From the NCBI GenBank assembly GCA_002189035.1, contig NEEC01000085.1:1-43540 (forward strand): a stretch of 43,540 bases of DNA, read 5' to 3'. The notes below the pieces were generated by a model, which was given only the letters and a program-made list of their open reading frames with translations, ran no database searches and was not told the DNA's origin. The translations under genes and the position numbers were made by a program. The stretch's first letter is position 1; every line of letters starts with the position of its first letter. This DNA is from Utricularia gibba. Taxonomy: Eukaryota; Plantae; Magnoliophyta. Shown piece by piece: positions 23,841 to 35,814 of the stretch.

Positions 23841-26800
23841 CGGCAAGCTGTTGCTTGAAAAACCATTTAGGCAGCCGCCGAAAACCCATCGTTGATAAAT
23901 GCATCACTTATTTTCCGGGCTACAACTGACTATTGGCCTGAGCCCGACCCGACCTCTGGCCCAATCCCGAAACCCTCCGAGGGCGCCTTCTCAAATATAG
24001 CAGAGTGTTGAGAAAACCCATTGGGGTTCTCATGACATCCTAACTACATCAAATGCGTTACGATTTTCGTCGAGTGCGACCCGATTGGGCTTAGTAGCCA
24101 GACCGAATCTCGGGCCGGACAAAGCTCCCAACGACAGCACCCGACTTTAAATGGCAAGCTATTGCTTGACAAACCATGTGGGCAGCCGCCGACAACCCAA
24201 CGTTAATAAATGCATCACTTCTTTTGCCGGGCTACAGCTGACTTGGGCTCAAGCCCGACCCGAATCCGGCCCGATCTCGGTGACCCACAAAAGCGCCTTG
24301 TCAAGTGTAAAGCATGCTGTTGAAAAAACCATTTGGGGTGGTCATGAGATCCTAACTTCAATAAAGGCATCACGATTTACGTCGAATGGGATCGGATTGT
24401 GCTGTGAAGTCAGACCGACCTTGGGTCCGGACGAAGTTCCCAACAACAGCACCCGCAAAAAAACGACAACTTTTCCTCGAAAAAAGCATGTAGGCAGCCG
24501 CCGAAAACCCAACGTTAATAAATGCATCACTTTTTTGGCCGGGCTACAAATGACTATGGGCCAGAGCGCGACTCGACCATTTGCTCGATACTAGTGCCAG
24601 CCTAGAGCGCCTCCTCAAATATAAATCAGGTTGTTGAGAAAACCATTTGGGGTGCTCATGACATCCTAACTTCAAAAAATGCATCACGATTTTCATCGAG
24701 TAGCACCCGATTGGGCTCAGGAGCCAGACCGAACCTTGGGCCCTTACAAAGCTGCCAACGACAGCACCCGCCTTAAAATGGCAAGCTATTGCTTGAAAAA
24801 CCATTCAGGCAGCCGCCGAAAACCCAACGTTGATAAATGCATCACTTATTTTCCGGGCTACAACTGACTATGGGCCATAGCCCGACCCGACCTCTGGCCC
24901 AATCCCGAAACCCCCCAAGAGCGCCTTCTGAAATATAAAGTAGAGTGTTGAGAAAACCCGTTGGGGTTCTCATGACATCCTAACTAAAGCAAATGCATTA
25001 CGATTTCGTCGAGTACGACCCGATTGGGCTTAGTAGCCAGACCGAATCTCGGGCCCTGACAAAGCTCCCAACTACAGCACCCACCTTAAAACGGCAAGCT
25101 GTTGCTTGAAAAACCATTTAGGCAGCCGCCGAAAACCCATCGTTGATAAATGCATCACTTATTTTCCGGGCTACAACTGACTATTGGCCTGAGCCCGACC
25201 CGACCTCTGGCCCAATCCCGAAACCCTCCGAGGGCGCCTTCTCAAATATATAGCAGAGTGTTGAGAAAACCCATTGGGGTTCTCATGACATCCTAACTAC
25301 ATCAAATGCGTTACGATTTTCGTCGAGTGCGACCCGATTGGGCTTAGTAGCCAGACCGAATCTCGGGCCGGACAAAGCTCCCAACGACAGCACCCGACTT
25401 TAAATGGCAAGCTATTGCTTGACAAACCATGTGGGCAGCCGCCGACAACCCAACGTTAATAAATGCATCACTTCTTTTGCCGGGCTACAGCTGACTTTGG
25501 GCTCAAGCCCGACCCGAATCCGGCCCGATCTCGGTGACCCACAAAAGCGCCTTGTCAAGTGTAAAGCATGCTGTTGAAAAAACCATTTGGGGTGGTCATG
25601 AGATCCTAACTTCAATAAAGGCATCACGATTTTCGTCGAATGGGATCGGATTGTGCTGTGAAGTCAGACCGATCCTTGGGTCCGGACGAAGTTCCCAACA
25701 ACAGCACCCGCAAAAAAACGACAACTTTTCCTCGAAAAAAGCATGTAGGCAGCCGCCGAAAACCCAACGTTAATAAATGCATCACTTTTTTGGCCGGGCT
25801 ACAAATGACTATGGGCCAGAGCGCGACTCGACCATTTGCTCGATACTAGTGCCAGCCTAGAGCGCCTCCTCAAATATAAATCAGGTTGTTGAGAAAACCA
25901 TTTGGGGTGCTCATGACATCCTAACTTCAAAAAATGCATCACGATTTTCATCGAGTAGCACCCGATTGGGCTCAGGAGCCAGACCGAACCTTGGGCCCTT
26001 ACAAAGCTGCCAACGACAGCACCCGCCTTAAAATGGCAAGCTATTGCTTGAAAAACCATTCAGGCAGCCGCCGAAAACCCAACGTTGATAAATGCATCAC
26101 TTATTTTCCGGGCTACAACTGACTATGGGCCATAGCCCGACCCGACCTCTGGCCCAATCCCGAAACCCCCAAGAGCGCCTTCTGAAATATAAAGTAGAGT
26201 GTTGAGAAAACCCGTTGGGGTTCTCATGACATCCTAACTAAAGCAAATGCATTACGATTTCGTCGAGTACGACCCGATTGGGCTTAGTAGCCAGACCGAA
26301 TCTCGGGCCCTGACAAAGCTCCCAACTACAGCACCCACCTTAAAACGGCAAGCTGTTGCTTGAAAAACCATTTAGGCAGCCGCCGAAAACCCATCGTTGA
26401 TAAATGCATCACTTATTTTCCGGGCTACAACTGACTATTGGCCTGAGCCCGACCCGACCTCTGGCCCAATCCCGAAACCCTCCGAGGGCGCCTTCTCAAA
26501 TATATAGCAGAGTGTTGAGAAAACCCATTGGGGTTCTCATGACATCCTAACTACATCAAATGCGTTACGATTTTCGTCGAGTGCGACCCGATTGGGCTTA
26601 GTAGCCAGACCGAATCTCGGGCCGGACAAAGCTCCCAACGACAGCACCCGACTTTAAATGGCAAGCTATTGCTTGACAAACCATGTGGGCAGCCGCCGAC
26701 AACCCAACGTTAATAAATGCATCACTTCTTTTGCCGGGCTACAGCTGACTTTGGGCTCAAGCCCGACCCGAATCCGGCCCGATCTCGGTGACCCACAAAA

Positions 26801-29140
26801 GCGCCTTGTCAAGTGTAAAGCATGCTGTTGAAAAAACCATTTGGGGTGGTCATGAGATCCTAACTTCAATAAAGGCATCACGATTTTCGTCGAATGGGAT
26901 CGGATTGTGCTGTGAAGTCAGACCGAACCTTGGGTCCGGACGAAGTTCCCAACAACAGCACCCGCAAAAAAACGACAACTTTTCCTCGAAAAAAGCATGT
27001 AGGCAGCCGCCGAAAACCCAACGTTAATAAATGCATCACTTTTTTGGCCGGGCTACAAATGACTATGGGCCAGAGCGCGACTCGACCATTTGCTCGATAC
27101 TAGTGCCAGCCTAGAGCGCCTCCTCAAATATAAATCAGGTTGTTGAGAAAACCATTTGGGGTGCTCATGACATCCTAACTTCAAAAAATGCATCACGATT
27201 TTCATCGAGTAGCACCCGATTGGGCTCAGGAGCCAGACCGAACCTTGGGCCCTTACAAAGCTGCCAACGACAGCACCCGCCTTAAAATGGCAAGCTATTG
27301 CTTGAAAAACCATTCAGGCAGCCGCCGAAAACCCAACGTTGATAAATGCATCACTTATTTTCCGGGCTACAACTGACTATGGGCCATAGCCCGACCCGAC
27401 CTCTGGCCCAATCCCGAAACCCCCAAGAGCGCCTTCTGAAATATAAAGTAGAGTGTTGAGAAAACCCGTTGGGGTTCTCATGACATCCTAACTAAAGCAA
27501 ATGCATTACGATTTCGTCGAGTACGACCCGATTGGGCTTAGTAGCCAGACCGAATCTCGGGCCCTGACAAAGCTCCCAACTACAGCACCCACCTTAAAAC
27601 GGCAAGCTGTTGCTTGAAAAACCATTTAGGCAGCCGCCGAAAACCCATCGTTGATAAATGCATCACTTATTTTCCGGGCTACAACTGACTATTGGCCTGA
27701 GCCCGACCCGACCTCTGGCCCAATCCCGAAACCCTCCGAGGGCGCCTTCTCAAATATATAGCAGAGTGTTGAGAAAACCCATTGGGGTTCTCATGACATC
27801 CTAACTACATCAAATGCGTTACGATTTTCGTCGAGTGCGACCCGATTGGGCTTAGTAGCCAGACCGAATCTCGGGCCGGACAAAGCTCCCAACGACAGCA
27901 CCCGACTTTAAATGGCAAGCTATTGCTTGACAAACCATGTGGGCAGCCGCCGACAACCCAACGTTAATAAATGCATCACTTCTTTTGCCGGGCTACAGCT
28001 GACTTTGGGCTCAAGCCCGACCCGAATCCGGCCCGATCTCGGTGACCCACAAAAGCGCCTTGTCAAGTGTAAAGCATGCTGTTGAAAAAACCATTTGGGG
28101 TGGTCATGAGATCCTAACTTCAATAAAGGTGTCACGATTTTCGTCGAATGGGATCGGATTGTGCTGTGAAGTCAGACCGATCCTTGGGTCCGGACGAAGT
28201 TCCCAACAACAGCACCCGCAAAAAAACGACAACTTTTCCTCGAAAAAAGCATGTAGGCAGCCGCCGAAAACCCAACGTTAATAAATGCATCACTTTTTTG
28301 GCCGGGCTACAAATGACTATGGGCCAGAGCGCGACTCGACCATTTGCTCGATACTAGTGCCAGCCTAGAGCGCCTCCTCAAATATAAATCAGGTTGTTGA
28401 GAAAACCATTGGGGTGCTCATGACATCCTAACTTCAAAAAATGCATCACGATTTTCATCGAGTAGCACCCGATTGGGCTCAGGAGCCAGACCGAACCTTG
28501 GGCCCTTACAAAGCTGCCAACGACAGCACCCGCCTTAAAATGGCAAGCTATTGCTTGAAAAACCATTCAGGCAGCCGCCGAAAACCCAACGTTGATAAAT
28601 GCATCACTTATTTTCCGGGCTACAACTGACTATGGGCCATAGCCCGACCCGACCTCTGGCCCAATCCCGAAACCCCCCAAGAGCGCCTTCTGAAATATAA
28701 AGTAGAGTGTTGAGAAAACCCGTTGGGGTTCTCATGACATCCTAACTAAAGCAAATGCATTACGATTTCGTCGAGTACGACCCGATTGGGCTTAGTAGCC
28801 AGACCGAATCTCGGGCCCTGACAAAGCTCCCAACTACAGCACCCACCTTAAAACGGCAAGCTGTTGCTTGAAAAACCATTTAGGCAGCCGCCGAAAACCC
28901 ATCGTTGATAAATGCATCACTTATTTTCCGGGCTACAACTGACTATTGGCCTGAGCCCGACCCGACCTCTGGCCCAATCCCGAAACCCTCCGAGGCGCCT
29001 TCTCAAATATATAGCAGAGTGTTGAGAAAACCCATTGGGGTTCTCATGACATCCTAACTACATCAAATGCGTTACGATTTTCGTCGAGTGCGACCCGATT
29101 GGGCTTAGTAGCCAGACCGAATCTCGGGCCGGACAAAGCT

Positions 29141-29310
29141 TTTAAATGGCAAGCTATTGCTGCTCATGCATCATTCCCGGGCTACACTTCAAACCCGAAA
29201 TCTCGGTGACATTGTCAAGTGTAAAGCATGATTTTCATCGGCAGTTTTCGTCGAATGCGGACCCGATTGGGCTCAGGCAGCAACAGCACCGCCGAAAACC
29301 CAACGTTGCA
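29141..29310. other. Compressed A-end plus B monomer, net about -232 bp
   Basis: Marker spacing 28441 to 29463 is 1,022 bp. B words (TCTCGGTGAC, TTGTCAAGTGTAAAGCATG, TTTTCGTCGAATG) remain in order with gaps and C-type words mixed in. Confidence 0.8.
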
Positions 29311-32300
29311 TCACTTTTTTGGCCGGGCTACAAATGACTATGGGCCAGAGCGCGACTCGACCATTTGCTCGATACTAGTGCCAGCCTAGAGCGCCTCCTC
29401 AAATATAAATCAGGTTGTTGAGAAAACCATTTGGGGTGCTCATGACATCCTAACTTCAAAAAATGCATCACGATTTTCATCGAGTAGCACCCGATTGGGC
29501 TCAGGAGCCAGACCGAACCTTGGGCCCTTACAAAGCTGCCAACGACAGCACCCGCCTTAAAATGGCAAGCTATTGCTTGAAAAACCATTCAGGCAGCCGC
29601 CGAAAACCCAACGTTGATAAATGCATCACTTATTTTCCGGGCTACAACTGACTATGGGCCATAGCCCGACCCGACCTCTGGCCCAATCCCGAAACCCCCC
29701 AAGAGCGCCTTCTGAAATATAAAGTAGAGTGTTGAGAAAACCCGTTGGGGTTCTCATGACATCCTAACTAAAGCAAATGCATTACGATTTCGTCGAGTAC
29801 GACCCGATTGGGCTTAGTAGCCAGACCGAATCTCGGGCCCTGACAAAGCTCCCAACTACAGCACCCACCTTAAAACGGCAAGCTGTTGCTTGAAAAACCA
29901 TTTAGGCAGCCGCCGAAAACCCATCGTTGATAAATGCATCACTTATTTTCCGGGCTACAACTGACTATTGGCCTGAGCCCGACCCGACCTCTGGCCCAAT
30001 CCCGAAACCCTCCGAGGGCGCCTTCTCAAATATATAGCAGAGTGTTGAGAAAACCCATTGGGGTTCTCATGACATCCTAACTACATCAAATGCGTTACGA
30101 TTTTCGTCGAGTGCGACCCGATTGGGCTTAGTAGCCAGACCGAATCTCGGGCCGGACAAAGCTCCCAACACCCGACTTTAAATGGCAAGCTATTGCTTGA
30201 CAAACCATGTGGGCAGCCGCCGACAACCCAACGTTAATAAATGCATCACTTCTTTTGCCGGGCTACAGCTGACTTTGGGCTCAAGCCCGACCCGAATCCG
30301 GCCCGATCTCGGTGACCCACAAAAGCGCCTTGTCAAGTGTAAAGCATGCTGTTGAAAAAACCATTTGGGGTGGTCATGAGATCCTAACTTCAATAAAGGC
30401 ATCACGATTTTCGTCGAATGGGATCGGATTGTGCTGTGAAGTCAGACCGACCTTGGGTCCGGACGAAGTTCCCAACAACAGCACCCGCAAAAAAACGACA
30501 ACTTTTCCTCGAAAAAAGCATGTAGGCAGCCGCCGAAAACCCAACGTTAATAAATGCATCACTTTTTTGGCCGGGCTACAAATGACTATGGGCCAGAGCG
30601 CGACTCGACCATTTGCTCGATACTAGTGCCAGCCTAGAGCGCCTCCTCAAATATAAATCAGGTTGTTGAGAAAACCATTTGGGGTGCTCATGACATCCTA
30701 ACTTCAAAAAATGCATCACGATTTTCATCGAGTAGCACCCGATTGGGCTCAGGAGCCAGACCGAACCTTGGGCCCTTACAAAGCTGCCAACGACAGCACC
30801 CGCCTTAAAATGGCAAGCTATTGCTTGAAAAACCATTCAGGCAGCCGCCGAAAACCCAACGTTGATAAATGCATCACTTATTTTCCGGGCTACAACTGAC
30901 TATGGGCCATAGCCCGACCCGACCTCTGGCCCAATCCCGAAACCCCCAAGAGCGCCTTCTGAAATATAAAGTAGAGTGTTGAGAAAACCCGTTGGGGTTC
31001 TCATGACATCCTAACTAAAGCAAATGCATTACGATTTCGTCGAGTACGACCCGATTGGGCTTAGTAGCCAGACCGAATCTCGGGCCCTGACAAAGCTCCC
31101 AACTACAGCACCCACCTTAAAACGGCAAGCTGTTGCTTGAAAAACCATTTAGGCAGCCGCCGAAAACCCATCGTTGATAAATGCATCACTTATTTTCCGG
31201 GCTACAACTGACTATTGGCCTGAGCCCGACCCGACCTCTGGCCCAATCCCGAAACCCTCCGAGGGCGCCTTCTCAAATATATAGCAGAGTGTTGAGAAAA
31301 CCCATTGGGGTTCTCATGACATCCTAACTACATCAAATGCGTTACGATTTTCGTCGAGTGCGACCCGATTGGGCTTAGTAGCCAGACCGAATCTCGGGCC
31401 GGACAAAGCTCCCAACGACAGCACCCGACTTTAAATGGCAAGCTATTGCTTGACAAACCATGTGGGCAGCCGCCGACAACCCAACGTTAATAAATGCATC
31501 ACTTCTTTTGCCGGGCTACAGCTGACTTTGGGCTCAAGCCCGACCCGAATCCGGCCCGATCTCGGTGACCCACAAAAGCGCCTTGTCAAGTGTAAAGCAT
31601 GCTGTTGAAAAAACCATTTGGGGTGGTCATGAGATCCTAACTTCAATAAAGGCATCACGATTTCGTCGAATGGGATCGGATTGTGCTGTGAAGTCAGACC
31701 GACCTTGGGTCCGGACGAAGTTCCCAACAACAGCACCCGCAAAAAAACGACAACTTTTCCTCGAAAAAAGCATGTAGGCAGCCGCCGAAAACCCAACGTT
31801 AATAAATGCATCACTTTTTTGGCCGGGCTACAAATGACTATGGGCCAGAGCGCGACTCGACCATTTGCTCGATACTAGTGCCAGCCTAGAGCGCCTCCTC
31901 AAATATAAATCAGGTTGTTGAGAAAACCATTTGGGGTGCTCATGACATCCTAACTTCAAAAAATGCATCACGATTTTCATCGAGTAGCACCCGATTGGGC
32001 TCAGGAGCCAGACCGAACCTTGGGCCCTTACAAAGCTGCCAACGACAGCACCCGCCTTAAAATGGCAAGCTATTGCTTGAAAAACCATTCAGGCAGCCGC
32101 CGAAAACCCAACGTTGATAAATGCATCACTTATTTTCCGGGCTACAACTGACTATGGGCCATAGCCCGACCCGACCTCTGGCCCAATCCCGAAACCCCCA
32201 AGAGCGCCTTCTGAAATATAAAGTAGAGTGTTGAGAAAACCCGTTGGGGTTCTCATGACATCCTAACTAAAGCAAATGCATTACGATTTCGTCGAGTACG

Positions 32301-33188
32301 ACCCGATTGGGCTTAGTAGCCAGACCGAATCTCGGGCCCTGACAAAGCTCCCAACTACAGCACCCACCTTAAAACGGCAAGCTGTTGCTTGAAAAACCAT
32401 TTAGGCAGCCGCCGAAAACCCATCGTTGATAAATGCATCACTTATTTTCCGGGCTACAACTGACTATTGGCCTGAGCCCGACCCGACCTCTGGCCCAATC
32501 CCGAAACCCTCCGAGGGCGCCTTCTCAAATATATAGCAGAGTGTTGAGAAAACCCATTGGGGTTCTCATGACATCCTAACTACATCAAATGCGTTACGAT
32601 TTTCGTCGAGTGCGACCCGATTGGGCTTAGTAGCCAGACCGAATCTCGGGCCGGACAAAGCTCCCAACGACAGCACCCGACTTTAAATGGCAAGCTATTG
32701 CTTGAAAAACCATGTGGGCAGCCGCCGACAACCCAACGTTAATAAATGCATCACTTTTTTGCCGGGCTACAGCTGACTTTGGGCTCAAGCCCGACCCGAA
32801 TCCGGCCCGATCTCGGTGACCCACAAAAGCGCCTTGTCAAGTGTAAAGCATGCTGTTGAAAAAACCATTTGGGGTGGTCATGAGATCCTAACTTCAATAA
32901 AGGCATCACGATTTCGTCGAATGGGATCGGATTGTGCTGTGAAGTCAGACCGACCTTGGGTCCGGACGAAGTTCCCAACAACAGCACCCGCAAAAAAACG
33001 ACAACTTTTCCTCGAAAAAAGCATGTAGGCAGCCGCCGAAAACCCAACGTTAATAAATGCATCACTTTTTTGGCCGGGCTACAAATGACTATGGGCCAGA
33101 GCGCGACTCGACCATTTGCTCGATACTAGTGCCAGCCTAGAGCGCCTCCTCAAATATAAATCAGGTTGTTGAGAAAACCATTTGGGGT

Positions 33189-33280
33189 CTCGGATTGGGC
33201 TGACCCACTATTGCTTGAAAACAACTGACTATGGCGCCTTTAGTAGCCAGACCGAATCTCGGGCCGGACAAAGCTCAAAA
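33189..33280. other. Collapsed C/D/A segment giving a ~570-bp B-to-B unit
   Basis: B anchors are at 32744 and 33315. About 90 bp of mixed words replace C2, D and most of A. Confidence 0.8.
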
Positions 33281-34875
33281 CCATGTGGGCAGCCGCCGAC
33301 AACCCAACGTTAATAAATGCATCACTTCTTTTGCCGGGCTACAGCTGACTTTGGGCTCAAGCCCGACCCGAATCCGGCCCGATCTCGGTGACCCACAAAA
33401 GCGCCTTGTCAAGTGTAAAGCATGCTGTTGAAAAAACCATTTGGGGTGGTCATGAGATCCTAACTTCAATAAAGGCATCACGATTTCGTCGAATGGGATC
33501 GGATTGTGCTGTGAAGTCAGACCGACCTTGGGTCCGGACGAAGTTCCCAACAACAGCACCGAAAAAAACGACAACTTTTCCTCGAAAAAAGCATGTAGGC
33601 AGCCGCCGAAAACCCAACGTTAATAAATGCATCACTTTTTTGGCCGGGCTACAAATGACTATGGGCCAGAGCGCGACTCGACCATTTGCTCGATACTAGT
33701 GCCAGCCTAGAGCGCCTCCTCAAATATAAATCAGGTTGTTGAGAAAACCATTTGGGGTGCTCATGACATCCTAACTTCAAAAAATGCATCACGATTTTCA
33801 TCGAGTAGCACCCGATTGGGCTCAGGAGCCAGACCGAACCTTGGGCCCTTACAAAGCTGCCAACGACAGCACCCGCCTTAAAATGGCAAGCTATTGCTTG
33901 AAAAACCATTCAGGCAGCCGCCGAAAACCCAACGTTGATAAATGCATCACTTATTTTCCGGGCTACAACTGACTATGGGCCATAGCCCGACCCGACCTCT
34001 GGCCCAATCCCGAAACCCCCCAAGAGCGCCTTCTGAAATATAAAGTAGAGTGTTGAGAAAACCCGTTGGGGTTCTCATGACATCCTAACTAAAGCAAATG
34101 CATTACGATTTCGTCGAGTACGACCCGATTGGGCTTAGTAGCCAGACCGAATCTCGGGCCCTGACAAAGCTCCCAACTACAGCACCCACCTTAAAACGGC
34201 AAGCTGTTGCTTGAAAAACCATTTAGGCAGCCGCCGAAAACCCATCGTTGATAAATGCATCACTTATTTTCCGGGCTACAACTGACTATTGGCCTGAGCC
34301 CGACCCGACCTCTGGCCCAATCCCGAAACCCTCCGAGGCGCCTTCTCAAATATATAGCAGAGTGTTGAGAAAACCCATTGGGGTTCTCATGACATCCTAA
34401 CTACATCAAATGCGTTACGATTTTCGTCGAGTGCGACCCGATTGGGCTTAGTAGCCAGACCGAATCTCGGGCCGGACAAAGCTCCCAACGACAGCACCCG
34501 ACTTTAAATGGCAAGCTATTGCTTGACAAACCATGTGGGCAGCCGCCGACAACCCAACGTTAATAAATGCATCACTTCTTTTGCCGGGCTACAGCTGACT
34601 TTGGGCTCAAGCCCGACCCGAATCCGGCCCGATCTCGGTGACCCACAAAAGCGCCTTGTCAAGTGTAAAGCATGCTGTTGAAAAAACCATTTGGGTGGTC
34701 ATGAGATCCTAACTTCAATAAAGGCATCACGATTTTCGTCGAATGGGATCGGATTGTGCTGTGAAGTCAGACCGACCTTGGGTCCGGACGAAGTTCCCAA
34801 CAACAGCACCCGCAAAAAACGACAACTTTTCCTCGAAAAAAGCATGTAGGCAGCCGCCGAAAACCCAACGTTAAT

Positions 34876-35814
34876 AAATGCATCACTTTTTTGGCCGGGC
34901 TACAAATGACTATGGGCCAGAGCGCGACTCGACCATTTGCTCGATACTAGTGCCAGCCTAGAGCGCCTCCTCAAATATAAATCAGGTTGTTGAGAAAACC
35001 ATTTGGGGTGCTCATGACATCCTAACTTCAAAAAATGCATCACGATTTTCATCGAGTAGCACCCGATTGGGCTTAGGAGCCAGACCGAACCTGGGCCCTT
35101 ACAAAGCTGCCAACGACAGCACCCGCCTTAAAACGGCAAGCTATTGCTTGAAAAACCATTAGGCAGCCGCCGAAAACCCAACGTTGATAAATGCATCACT
35201 TATTTTCCGGGCTACAACTGACTATTGGCCTGAGCCCGACCCGACCTCTGGCCCAATCCCGAAACCCCCCGAGGGCGCCTTCTCAAATATATAGCAGAGT
35301 GTTGAGAAAACCCATTGGGGTTCTCATGACATCCTAACTACATCAAATGCGTTACGATTTTCGTCGAGTGCGACCCGATTGGGCTTAGTAGCCAGACCGA
35401 ATCTCGGGCCGGACAAAGCTCCCAACGACAGCACCCGACTTTAAATGGCAAGCTGTTGCTTGAAAAACCATGTGGGCAGCCGCCGACAACCCAACGTTAA
35501 TAAATGCATCACTTCTTTTGCCGGGCTACAGCTGACTTTGGGCTCAAGCCCGACCCGAATCCGGCCCGATCTCGGTGACCCACAAAAGCGCCTTGTCAAG
35601 TGTAAAGCATGCTGTTGAAAAAACCATTTGGGGTGGTCATGAGATCCTAACTTCAATAAAGGCATCACGATTTTCGTCGAATGGGATCGGATTGTGCTGT
35701 GAAGTCAGACCGACCTTGGGTCCGGACGAAGTTCCCAACAACAGCACCCGCAAAAAAACGACAACTTTTCCTCGAAAAAAGCATGTAGGCAGCCGCCGAA
35801 AACCCAACGTTAAT
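34876..35814 (+). repeat. Second 3-mer HOR variant (939 bp), lacking a separate D monomer
   Basis: C anchors at 34876 and 35815 are 939 bp apart. C and D alleles are interleaved at ~35070-35165 and D/A alleles at ~35261-35275. Confidence 0.85.

Noticed and set aside
24151-24594. Longest ORF (147 aa), and the fact that 1,254 is divisible by 3
   Set aside because: The ORF exists only because two 1-bp losses (~24244, ~24419) join frames. No frame stays open across a HOR and monomer lengths 313 and 314 shift frame, so this is not a coding tandem repeat.
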